Positions 1 to 7,145 of a DNA stretch of 13,547 bases are shown in pieces. This stretch comes from Bdellovibrionia bacterium (GTDB lineage: Bacteria; Bdellovibrionota; UBA1018): contig JBJMMA010000244.1 of assembly GCA_045805065.1 (NCBI GenBank), positions 1 to 13,547 of the forward strand, read 5' to 3'. The translations under genes were made by a program, and so were the position numbers. The notes beneath the pieces are model-generated. The model did no database searches. It was not told the origin of the DNA and saw only the letters and a program-made list of their open reading frames with translations. Position 1 is the stretch's first letter. Every line of letters starts with the position of its first letter.

Positions 1-43
1 AGACCGTTGGGTTCCCCCCGAAAATTTTAATGAACTACAATCT

Positions 44-56
44 TTTCAATGACTTA
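44..56 (+). promoter_or_regulatory. Putative IHF binding site upstream of a sigma54 promoter
   Basis: TTTCAATGACTTA has one mismatch to WATCAANNNNTTR and lies about 50 bp upstream of the -24 element. Confidence 0.4.
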
Positions 57-106
57 TCGCACGATCACTCAGCTCTGGCTAATTCCTGACTTATTTAGTA
101 GAGATG

Positions 107-122
107 CGGCACCAAGATTGCT
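107..122 (+). promoter_or_regulatory. sigma54 (RpoN) -24/-12 promoter for the 200..2698 gene
   Basis: CGGCAC-CAAGA-TTGCT; GG(108-109)-N10-GC(120-121) is the canonical spacing. Confidence 0.7.
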
Positions 123-199
123 GTTCGCTTGGTCCGACCGGCCGAATGCCGGCAAAAGTTTTAGGCAGTGAATGAGCTGTTTAAGAAAAACAGGAGATC

Positions 200-2698
200 G
201 TGATCGTGAAACCAAATAATAGAACCAGTCTGAAGTACCTCACCTGGGCAAATCTGATGGCATTGACCGTCAGCATGGCCGCCCAAACCTTTCCAGCAAA
301 GGCTTTCGCTGCAGACCGCTCCGGTCCAGTCAATCCTGCTCCAGGTGGAGGCGCAGGTGGTCCCGGTCACGGTGGGAATGGCGGACACGGTCCCGGCAAT
401 GGTGGCGGTGGAAATGGTGGACATGGTGGTGGTGGCCAAAATCCAACACCTCCGCAGCCAGCTCCTGTTCCGGCTCCAACGACTGCTCCAGCTCCAGCCC
501 CTGCTCCATCTCCTGCGCTTGATTTAGCAGGAGCACGCGCTGCAGGCCGCGCGGATGCGTCTCCAGATGGTGATCGCGAAGGCCGCGAGCGCGGAATCCC
601 CGATGGCCAACGCGTTGGCCAGCAAGAAGGTTACAGAAACGGATTTGATCGCTGTGAGCGCGAAGCTCGTGATCAGGCCCATGACAGAGGCTTTGAAAGC
701 GGATATCGCGATGGCTCTTATCAGGGCTCACGTGAAGGCACTGATGCCGGCGATCGCGACGGTACGAACCGCGGCTTGAGCGATGGCCAGATGGACGGAA
801 CCCGCCGCGCGGATTCCGATTCCAACGCAGCCGCCGCTCCAGTAGGTCGCGATAAAGGCATTGCTGAGGCCAACTCATCGGACGCCACCGATCGCGGTCG
901 TCGCGACGGTACGGCCCGCGGGGACGCGGACGCTCTGGCTCAAGCACAAGCCAGCGATTATCCACGTGGACGCAAGGACTACAACGCTGCTCAATACGCT
1001 CAGACTCCACAAAGCCACAGCGACGTTCTTCAAAAACCAGCCCCTTCGGCAGCACAGGTTGCTCAAGTGTTCTCAACGGCAGCAAACGGCGCTCAAGGCT
1101 TTGCTGATATGAGAGCCGCAGCGGCTCCTGCTCCATCCGCTGGACCGGATTATCGTTATCTCCAGCTGAAGAAAAACTATCCTACGGCTGAAGAAAATCA
1201 GGCCTACTCCTCCGGAGCTCGCGAAGGATACGCGCAAGGCTTCCAAGGTGCTTACTCTTCTGCGTACAATTCAAGCTACCAGCAATCGTTCAGACAAGCT
1301 CAGGACAACGGCTGCCGCGAAGCCAGAGGTCGCGACTACCGCGCAGATTACAATCGCGGTGAAAGAGAAGGTCGTGAACGCGGATATCGCGAGTCTTATG
1401 ATCGTGAATACCGGAGAGCATCTGATTTCGCGTACAGCCGCGAATTCGGACCAGCTTCGGCCCGTGCTTATCAGGCAAACTATGATGCCTTCTACAACAG
1501 GCACTTTGAAGAAGCCCGCTCCGCTGCCTACGCTGCACGCGTGGACCAGCTCTACGGCGCGGCCTTTGATGATGCCCGCAGCGCGAAGTACAATGAAATG
1601 TATCCAAAGTACGCTGCCAATGAGTACGCACGCGGACAAAAGGATGAAGCTCAAGACTTCGCCCAACGTCCGGTCCGTATCACGGGAATCGAGGCGACCG
1701 AGACGATTGCAAACAGTGTGTATGAGCCAGGCGAAGCGCTTCGCGTTCACGTTCAGCTCAGAAACTTCGCTGGAAGCGATCTTCGCGCTGAAGACCTGGC
1801 AGTGCAGATCAAGGCCAAGAACACGGACTTGAGCACTGTCACGATCAAGCAAGAGACGCTGGCAAAAGCATTGAAAGCAAAGAGCGTGACCGAGATTCGT
1901 GAAGCTCTTGAGTTCAAGGCCAACGAGCTTGCTGCAGGCCGCTCCATCAAGTTTGATGTGGCAGTCTCCTATCAAGGTCGCGTAATCGACACGACGACTC
2001 TTGAAGTTCGCCCGAACTTCATGACTCAAGTCGAGCTTGCTGAAACCCCATCCTTCAAGGAAGGGATTGCAATGCCGGTTCGCGTGAAAGTCACGAACTC
2101 TGGCGACAAGGCTGCCAACGGCATCGTCTTGAACCTCAAGACCAATGCAAGTCAGCTCGAAGTAGCGCAACCTACGATCACTGTCGGATCTCTTGCTGCA
2201 GGCGAGAGCCGCGTGGTTGAGTACAGCGCGATCGGCCGCGACATCTCGCAGGGCGGTTCGATGCAGCTGGGCCTCGTTGCTACGGAGGGTGGCTCCGTCA
2301 CCGGCCGTCGCATCGGATTGCTCGATTTGAGCCGTCAATTCCCAGTGGTTAACGACTACTTGATCGACCTTGCAAACAATGCAGTCTCCGCCTTGCGTGC
2401 GCCAGGCGTTGTTCGCATCGCTTACACGGTCAAAAACAGAAGTAGCCGGATCATGTTCAACAGCCTTCAACTCAAGGTTCGCTTCCTCAACACGGAAGAT
2501 CCAACGAACTTCGTGGTGATCGGCCCTAACCCACAATTCTTGCTGCCAATGGATCAAGGCGAAGCCGTGAGCTTTACGGTTCCTGTCCTGGTCAAGGCTG
2601 CAAACAAAGGTGGCGTGATTGAAGTTGAGGTCCAGGAAGCAGGAAAAACCGTCGTGATTCATCGCGAGGACTTTTCCCAGGCTCAAACTCTTAACTAA
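200..2698 (+). CDS. Large secreted protein: signal peptide, Gly/His- and Pro/Ala-rich linker, GxxxG/YxxG helical repeats, C-terminal Ig-like (CARDB-like) beta domains
   Basis: 832-aa ORF with a GTG start and AGGAG upstream. Signal peptide ends in AKAFA. Period-4 Gly repeats (GYRNGFDR, GFESGYRDGSYQG). C-terminal motifs EPGE..V.V.L.N and VKVTNSG..A....L...GSLAAGES are typical of CARDB/Ig-like folds. Confidence 0.85.
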   Translation: MIVKPNNRTSLKYLTWANLMALTVSMAAQTFPAKAFAADRSGPVNPAPGGGAGGPGHGGNGGHGPGNGGGGNGGHGGGGQNPTPPQPAPVPAPTTAPAPAPAPSPALDLAGARAAGRADASPDGDREGRERGIPDGQRVGQQEGYRNGFDRCEREARDQAHDRGFESGYRDGSYQGSREGTDAGDRDGTNRGLSDGQMDGTRRADSDSNAAAAPVGRDKGIAEANSSDATDRGRRDGTARGDADALAQAQASDYPRGRKDYNAAQYAQTPQSHSDVLQKPAPSAAQVAQVFSTAANGAQGFADMRAAAAPAPSAGPDYRYLQLKKNYPTAEENQAYSSGAREGYAQGFQGAYSSAYNSSYQQSFRQAQDNGCREARGRDYRADYNRGEREGRERGYRESYDREYRRASDFAYSREFGPASARAYQANYDAFYNRHFEEARSAAYAARVDQLYGAAFDDARSAKYNEMYPKYAANEYARGQKDEAQDFAQRPVRITGIEATETIANSVYEPGEALRVHVQLRNFAGSDLRAEDLAVQIKAKNTDLSTVTIKQETLAKALKAKSVTEIREALEFKANELAAGRSIKFDVAVSYQGRVIDTTTLEVRPNFMTQVELAETPSFKEGIAMPVRVKVTNSGDKAANGIVLNLKTNASQLEVAQPTITVGSLAAGESRVVEYSAIGRDISQGGSMQLGLVATEGGSVTGRRIGLLDLSRQFPVVNDYLIDLANNAVSALRAPGVVRIAYTVKNRSSRIMFNSLQLKVRFLNTEDPTNFVVIGPNPQFLLPMDQGEAVSFTVPVLVKAANKGGVIEVEVQEAGKTVVIHREDFSQAQTLN
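344..515 (+). repeat. Low-complexity coding repeats: Gly/His/Asn-rich (GPGHGGNGGH) then Pro/Ala-rich (PAPAPAP)
   Basis: Repeated GGTCCCGG, AATGGTGG and GCTCCA units, also seen in the translation. Confidence 0.8.
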
Positions 2699-2728
2699 TT
2701 GAACATCCGACTCAACGGAGATCTAAAA

Positions 2729-3256
2729 ATGAAAACTCAAATGAACCCAATGTATACGAAAAACAAACTCAGCGTAGTGTTCTCAGCCCTCGTGCTCGTG
2801 GCACTCTCTTCTTGCGGCAAGGTTCCGTCGGCTTACCAAGGAACCTATCTGGATCAAGTGAGCGGATCGAAGCTTGAGCTCAACGGCCAGGAAGGAAAAT
2901 TCACCGAAGCCTCGGGTCGCGAGATCACCGCGAAAGCAGATTCGGCGCAATTCGATGCCCTGGCTCAAGCGAAACCAGGACTCTACACCCGCTCCGTGGC
3001 TGGCGACGACAAGACCATGGAGTTCTTCTGGGTGATCCCAGAAGTGGCAAGCCGCCAGGAGAATACGGGCTTCGTCTGGTTTAACGCTGAAATCCTCTAC
3101 ACCCGGATGCAAACCAAAGAGAAAGACCCTGTCCCATCGATCTCTGTAGCACACTGCAGAAACGGGGTTTTGTTACTGGATACGCCAACGAAGACCTGGA
3201 ACGGCGGATGCGGCGCAGATGCGGTTCCAATGACTTTCAACCGCGTTAAACAGTAA
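2729..3256 (+). CDS. Hypothetical lipoprotein, probably co-transcribed with the upstream gene
   Basis: GGAG RBS before ATG 2729 (alternative ATGs at 2741 and 2750). Lipobox LSSC follows a hydrophobic stretch. Predicted beta-rich with a C-terminal Cys pair. Starts 30 bp after the upstream stop. Confidence 0.8.
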   Translation: MKTQMNPMYTKNKLSVVFSALVLVALSSCGKVPSAYQGTYLDQVSGSKLELNGQEGKFTEASGREITAKADSAQFDALAQAKPGLYTRSVAGDDKTMEFFWVIPEVASRQENTGFVWFNAEILYTRMQTKEKDPVPSISVAHCRNGVLLLDTPTKTWNGGCGADAVPMTFNRVKQ

Positions 3257-3304
3257 CGTTCATTACGGAAATTCGCTTAAGCCGGCCGGCGCAATGGGTC
3301 AAGC

Positions 3305-3320
3305 TGGTATCTGTGTTGCA
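3305..3320 (+). promoter_or_regulatory. sigma54 -24/-12 promoter for the small protein gene
   Basis: TGGTAT-CTGTG-TTGCA; GG(3306-3307)-N10-GC(3318-3319). Confidence 0.7.
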
Positions 3321-3372
3321 ATCTGTCTCCTTCGTAGCTTTCAAACCGAAAAGCCTAAAAAGGAGACATCAT

Positions 3373-3603
3373 ATGGCACGCAATACCAACTCCGCTGGAA
3401 TCCTCGCACTGGTCGGCCTGGGCGCTTACTACCTCTATAAGAACCGCTATCGCATTCAGCAGTTCATGGAATCCCAAGGCATGAAAACCCCTGTGGACAC
3501 CAGCAGCATCGGAAGCGCAATCAGCTCGGGCGCTGCCAAGATCACTGGCCAGCTCAAGGGCGAAGTCAACGGCACCAAGAACGTTGACCGCAAAGCTGTC
3601 TAA
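3373..3603 (+). CDS. Small (76 aa) N-terminally membrane-anchored protein, loosely YtxH-like
   Basis: Strong AAGGAG RBS before ATG 3373. Hydrophobic segment AGILALVGLGAYYLY is followed by basic residues. Confidence 0.75.
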   Translation: MARNTNSAGILALVGLGAYYLYKNRYRIQQFMESQGMKTPVDTSSIGSAISSGAAKITGQLKGEVNGTKNVDRKAV

Positions 3604-3646
3604 TCGCTAGCGGATTTTTTCCTCAGATGTTGCTATAGCTGGTCTC

Positions 3647-5140
3647 ATGCAGAAAAGCTTAGCGACGTCTGTCCAAGCGACGAGTGAAGGTACGGCCCGG
3701 TTTTTTGCGAAACACGCAGAAGGACTCAGGCCCCCCCTTTTAGCGCGTACCCTCGGAAGCACCGGGCTGAAGATTTCGCCCGTGGGTTTCGGAGGGTATC
3801 GCATTTCGGATGACGAGCCTTCTCATCACGAGGCTTTGCGCCTGGCGATTCAATCCGGCTGCAACCTCATCGATACCAGCACCAATTACGGCGACGGTGC
3901 CTCCGAGCAACTCGTGGGTGACGTCCTGGGCGAGCTTTTTCACGCAGGTCGTCTCTCACGTGATGAAGTCGTTATTGTCACAAAAGTCGGATACGTTCAG
4001 GGGCAGAACTTGAAATTAGCCCGCGAGCGCATTGCTCAAGGCAATCCTTTCCCTGAAATGGTCGAGTATGATGAAACGGTCTGGCACTGCATCTCGCCCG
4101 ATTTTTTGAAGGATCAGATCGGAAGATCTTTAGAACGACTTCAGCTGGAGTCCGTGGATGCGCTTCTCCTGCACAATCCTGAATATTTCTTAAAGGCCGA
4201 AGGGGATCATCGCGAATACTATCGCAGAATCCGTCAGGCGTTCGAACACCTTGAGACCGAGGTAAAATCCGGACGCATCGCGCGTTACGGAATCTCATCC
4301 AACACCTTCCCTTCTCCTCGCGAGGCTGCGGATTACACCTCGCTTGAGGCGATCTGGGACATCGCCGAGGAGATCGCGCAAGCGCAAGGAAGCCCGCATC
4401 ATTTCCAGGTGATCCAGTTTCCTTTCAATCTTTTTGAACCGGCGGCCGCGTTGGAAGAAAACAATTCGGGCAAGACCCTGCTTCAGTATGCAAGCCTCAA
4501 AGGCTTGGGCACTCTTGCCAACCGTCCCCTCAATGCGTTTACCGAAAAAGGCTTGAGGCGCCTCGCGGATTTCCCAGCCCATGATGATCGCGACGTTGCC
4601 GGAGAGCTCAAGGCAGCGTGGACTCGCTCCATGGAGCTTGAGTCAGCGTATCCTAAGCTCATGTCCGAACCGCCTGTACAGGCTCGTCATGTGGCCTGGG
4701 GTCATATCTTGAAGCATAACTTTGAGAAGCTGAATGACCTGGACAATTTCAAAGCAACTCTCAAGTATCAGATCGAGCCAACTCTGAACTCCGCGTTTGC
4801 TGAACTTGAGCGAGTGCCCGCCTATCAAGGCTGGCTCAAGGATTACAGCGAGGTCAGCTCGAAGCTTTTCAATGCATTTCAAGCTTACCTAGAGAATCAG
4901 GCATCGTATCAATCGGATCTTCTGTCTTCCAAGATTGATCATGCGTCTCCGCCGCTTCATGAAACTGGCGTGCTCACTCAGAAAGTTCTGAGACTTTATC
5001 TTTCTGTCGAAGGATTGAACTGTGTCCTGGTCGGCATGCGCCAGCCTGAATACGTTCGCGATATTCTCTCACTGAAAGATCCGGTGATTTCAAACGAGCA
5101 GGCCATTGAAGCCCTGAAGGCTGTGTCGTTTGTTTCTTGA
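3647..5140 (+). CDS. Aldo/keto reductase family protein with a long C-terminal helical insertion
   Basis: Motifs RTLGSTGLKISPVGFGGY, IDTSTNYGDGASE, VTKVG, SLERLQLESVDALLLHNP and GISSN. The D/Y/K/H catalytic tetrad is present. Confidence 0.92.
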   Translation: MQKSLATSVQATSEGTARFFAKHAEGLRPPLLARTLGSTGLKISPVGFGGYRISDDEPSHHEALRLAIQSGCNLIDTSTNYGDGASEQLVGDVLGELFHAGRLSRDEVVIVTKVGYVQGQNLKLARERIAQGNPFPEMVEYDETVWHCISPDFLKDQIGRSLERLQLESVDALLLHNPEYFLKAEGDHREYYRRIRQAFEHLETEVKSGRIARYGISSNTFPSPREAADYTSLEAIWDIAEEIAQAQGSPHHFQVIQFPFNLFEPAAALEENNSGKTLLQYASLKGLGTLANRPLNAFTEKGLRRLADFPAHDDRDVAGELKAAWTRSMELESAYPKLMSEPPVQARHVAWGHILKHNFEKLNDLDNFKATLKYQIEPTLNSAFAELERVPAYQGWLKDYSEVSSKLFNAFQAYLENQASYQSDLLSSKIDHASPPLHETGVLTQKVLRLYLSVEGLNCVLVGMRQPEYVRDILSLKDPVISNEQAIEALKAVSFVS

Positions 5141-5147
5141 ATGAGCC

Positions 5148-5163
5148 TGGCCAAGTGATTGCA
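5148..5163 (+). promoter_or_regulatory. sigma54 -24/-12 promoter for the hemerythrin-like gene
   Basis: TGGCCA-AGTGA-TTGCA; GG(5149-5150)-N10-GC(5161-5162). Confidence 0.7.
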
Positions 5164-5188
5164 AACTCCCTTATTCAGGGAGAAAGTC

Positions 5189-5629
5189 ATGGACGCATTT
5201 GACCGGCTAAGAAAATGGCATCATCCGATTCAAAACCAATTTGACCCGATTGCTGCTGCAACTGACGACCCATCGTTCAAAGCGGCAACGCGCAGGCTGA
5301 GATCAGAATTTGAGTATTACATCAGCCTGGAAGAGGATCTGCTTTTTCCAATCTTCGAGCGGCACGATCTGCTCCGCGATATGACTTTCAAGATCAGGCA
5401 GCACAACCTCGAAATCAAGCGCATGGCCCAAGCCCTCAGCGAAAGCAGTTTTCAAACTGAGCAGGCGCGCATCTCTCTGGCTCGACTGCATGAGCTCATG
5501 CACGAGAACTTCAAGCTCGAGGAAACACAGCTCATCCCGCTTGCCGCAAAAACGCTGACTCGTGATGAAATCAAAAACGCCGATGATGCGGTCGCTGGCG
5601 TCTTGAGCCCTTCTCGGGTTGCGGCTTAG
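5189..5629 (+). CDS. Hemerythrin/HHE cation-binding-like protein with degenerate ligands
   Basis: AGGGAG RBS before ATG 5189. Two EE..LFP/LIP repeats (YISLEEDLLFP, NFKLEETQLIP) in a four-helix pattern. Confidence 0.75.
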   Translation: MDAFDRLRKWHHPIQNQFDPIAAATDDPSFKAATRRLRSEFEYYISLEEDLLFPIFERHDLLRDMTFKIRQHNLEIKRMAQALSESSFQTEQARISLARLHELMHENFKLEETQLIPLAAKTLTRDEIKNADDAVAGVLSPSRVAA

Positions 5630-5656
5630 TATTGCGATTTAGCCAACCCTTTTTTT
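5616..5656 (+). terminator. Probable intrinsic terminator overlapping the hemerythrin-like stop codon
   Basis: GGGTT..GGCT / AGCC-AACCC stem followed by T7 (5650-5656). Confidence 0.55.
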
Positions 5657-5689
5657 GTGTTTAGGAGAATGAAAGGACTGAATTGTCCT

Positions 5690-5705
5690 ACTCCGCCGGC
5701 GGAGT
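5690..5705. repeat. Perfect 16-bp palindrome ACTCCGCCGGCGGAGT, copy 1 (intergenic)
   Basis: Self-reverse-complementary and identical to 6726-6741. Confidence 0.95.
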
Positions 5706-5753
5706 GAAACCGTTTTTTATTTCCTAAACTCTCTCTTGTGTCGACTCTAAATC

Positions 5754-5829
5754 ACCAAGTGTGAAGTAAGTTGAATTATCTAAACCTGGCCCTCTGATAG
5801 AGTCAGTCTCTTAACTTACTTAGCTTGGT
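5754..5829 (+). other. Long stem-loop upstream of the HNH gene (possible ncRNA or cis element)
   Basis: ACCAAG(5754-5759)/CTTGGT(5824-5829) and AAGTAAGTTGA(5764-5774)/TTAACTTACTT(5811-5821), with an inner CTGA-TAGAG-TCAG hairpin. Confidence 0.5.
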
Positions 5830-6038
5830 ATTTTTCTTACATTTTTATTGACAGCTATTTTTATAAATTCACTCAAAACACCGAAATCTGGCGTATTTTT
5901 GCTCATATGACCACTCCTTGGCTCCCTAACTGATGCTTCAATGAAATAAACCGTGGAAATGAATTTTCAAAATAACGATCGTCCTAGACCATTCTCGCGC
6001 GTTTTAGAGCAAGCGGATTTCGATGATATGAACTGCCC

Positions 6039-7046
6039 ATGCAAAGTTCAAAACAGCCTTTACACAATCACATCTTCCCTAAGAGTCTGTCCAACGAAGC
6101 GCTCTTAAGAAACACTCAGACTTTAGTTGCAGAGGAAAGAAAACTTACCACTGCAATCTTGTGGCATTTGCAAGAGATTCAAGTGCGACGCCTTTATGCA
6201 GAAAAAGGCTTTGGATCTCTCTTTGAATACGCAGTCCAGGCATTAGGCTACTCAGAAGCAGCGGCAGGAAGACGAATTGCGGCGATGAGACTTTTAGTAA
6301 ATGTGCCAGAAATTGAACCTGCTCTCCAAAATGGCCAAGTGAGTATTTCTACTCTTTCAACGATCCAATCCTATATTCAGAGAAAGGAAGCGCCTGTATC
6401 ACGAGCAGAAAAGATTGAGCTAGTGATGTCTCTTCAGGGCAAGTCCCGGCGTGAGTGTGAAAAACATTTAGTCACTTTAGATCCGGCAGCGGCCACTCTC
6501 AAAGAGAAAGAACGTGTCATCAGCCCCAGTTATACTGAGATTCGCTTTGTTGCCGATGATGAGCTCATGCAGAAACTGCAAAAAATTAAAGAGCTCGATG
6601 GGCATTTTCACTCTCATCCATCTTACCTGGAGCTTTTGCATCGCATGGCGGATCTGGCGCTGAAAAAGCTGGATCCACAGTCAACAATGAAGCAGACTCA
6701 ATCCGCCTCACCTTCGTCACTTCTCACTCCGCCGGCGGAGTTAAATCCCTCATTGAACCAGGTTCAGAAATCCAAGCCAGCTCTGATTCAAAATAAACGG
6801 TATATTCGTGCGGAGTTAAAAAGACAGGTTTGGAAGCGAGATCAGGGACGTTGTCATTTTAAGAGTCCCGATGGAAGGCTTTGTGGGTCTCGGTTTGCAC
6901 TTGAGATCGATCATATTCATCCAGTTGCTTGGAATGGACAAAGTGAACTCAGCAATATCCAGCTACTTTGTCGTACCCACAATCGCTTTAAAGCACTGGC
7001 TCAGCTTGGGCCGCAAGTCATGGAAAAGCATTTAAGAACGCGCTAG
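6039..7046 (+). CDS. HNH endonuclease with an N-terminal DUF222-like helical domain
   Basis: N-terminus LSNEALL..LVAEER...HLQEI..RRLY...GFGSLFEY...LGYSEAAA.RRI.A.RLL. C-terminal HNH with putative Zn ligands: VWKRDQGRC..C..LEIDHIHP...G.S..SNIQLLCRTHN. Confidence 0.9.
   Translation: MQSSKQPLHNHIFPKSLSNEALLRNTQTLVAEERKLTTAILWHLQEIQVRRLYAEKGFGSLFEYAVQALGYSEAAAGRRIAAMRLLVNVPEIEPALQNGQVSISTLSTIQSYIQRKEAPVSRAEKIELVMSLQGKSRRECEKHLVTLDPAAATLKEKERVISPSYTEIRFVADDELMQKLQKIKELDGHFHSHPSYLELLHRMADLALKKLDPQSTMKQTQSASPSSLLTPPAELNPSLNQVQKSKPALIQNKRYIRAELKRQVWKRDQGRCHFKSPDGRLCGSRFALEIDHIHPVAWNGQSELSNIQLLCRTHNRFKALAQLGPQVMEKHLRTR
6726..6741. repeat. Perfect 16-bp palindrome ACTCCGCCGGCGGAGT, copy 2 (inside the HNH gene, encodes TPPAE in the interdomain linker)
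   Basis: Identical to 5690-5705. The match extends to 18 bp (TCACTCCGCCGGCGGAGT) in inverted orientation. Confidence 0.95.
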
Positions 7047-7047
7047 C

Positions 7048-7105
7048 TGACGGAGTTGCCTTAAGGACAATCGGCTCGTTTGCATATGCTTCGAGCCATC
7101 CGTCA
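7048..7105. other. Predicted three-way-junction structure immediately after the HNH stop codon
   Basis: P1 TGACGGA/TCCGTCA encloses P2 TTGCC-TTAA-GG(A)CAA and P3 GGCTCG..CGAGCC. Confidence 0.5.
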
Positions 7106-7145
7106 AATCGCCGTACTCATGAAAGCACTGCGTTGATCAGGATGA

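Larger units (their letters stand above)
5628..7117 (+). mobile_element. Candidate AT-rich HNH-nuclease element with degenerate inverted ends
   Basis: Lower GC than the flanking genes, a single DUF222-like/HNH ORF, colinear inverted blocks at both ends and a repeated palindrome. No target-site duplication or transposase seen. Confidence 0.4.

Noticed and set aside
521..1650. FliH or collagen assignment for the Gly repeats
   Set aside because: The period is 4, not the collagen G-x-y. The signal peptide, length and lack of flagellar context argue against FliH.
1271..2686. 471-aa minus-strand ORF, plus 330..1136 and other overlapping ORFs
   Set aside because: Antisense or alternate-frame shadows of the 832-aa gene, with no recognisable motifs.
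3281..3290. GCCGGCCGGC 10-bp palindrome between genes
   Set aside because: Short, with no loop or U tract, and it shares only the GCCGGC core with the 16-bp palindrome.
5669..5707. Mini-ORF MKGLNCPTPPAE* reading the palindrome in the same frame as the HNH linker
   Set aside because: The AGGAG is only 1 nt from the ATG, and the TPPAE match follows directly from the shared palindrome.
5848..5867. TTGACA and TATAAA as a sigma70 promoter
   Set aside because: The spacer is only 8 bp, and there is no -10 match at 16-18 bp.
5889..5903. sigma54-like TGGCGTATTTTTGCT upstream of the HNH gene
   Set aside because: The GG-to-GC spacing is 9 nt rather than the required 10.
6001..6010. GTTTTAGAGC, identical to the first 10 nt of the S. 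pyogenes Cas9 repeat/sgRNA scaffold, just upstream of the HNH gene
   Set aside because: Single copy, no array, no anti-repeat seen and no cas genes; the HNH protein lacks RuvC motifs. Most likely chance.
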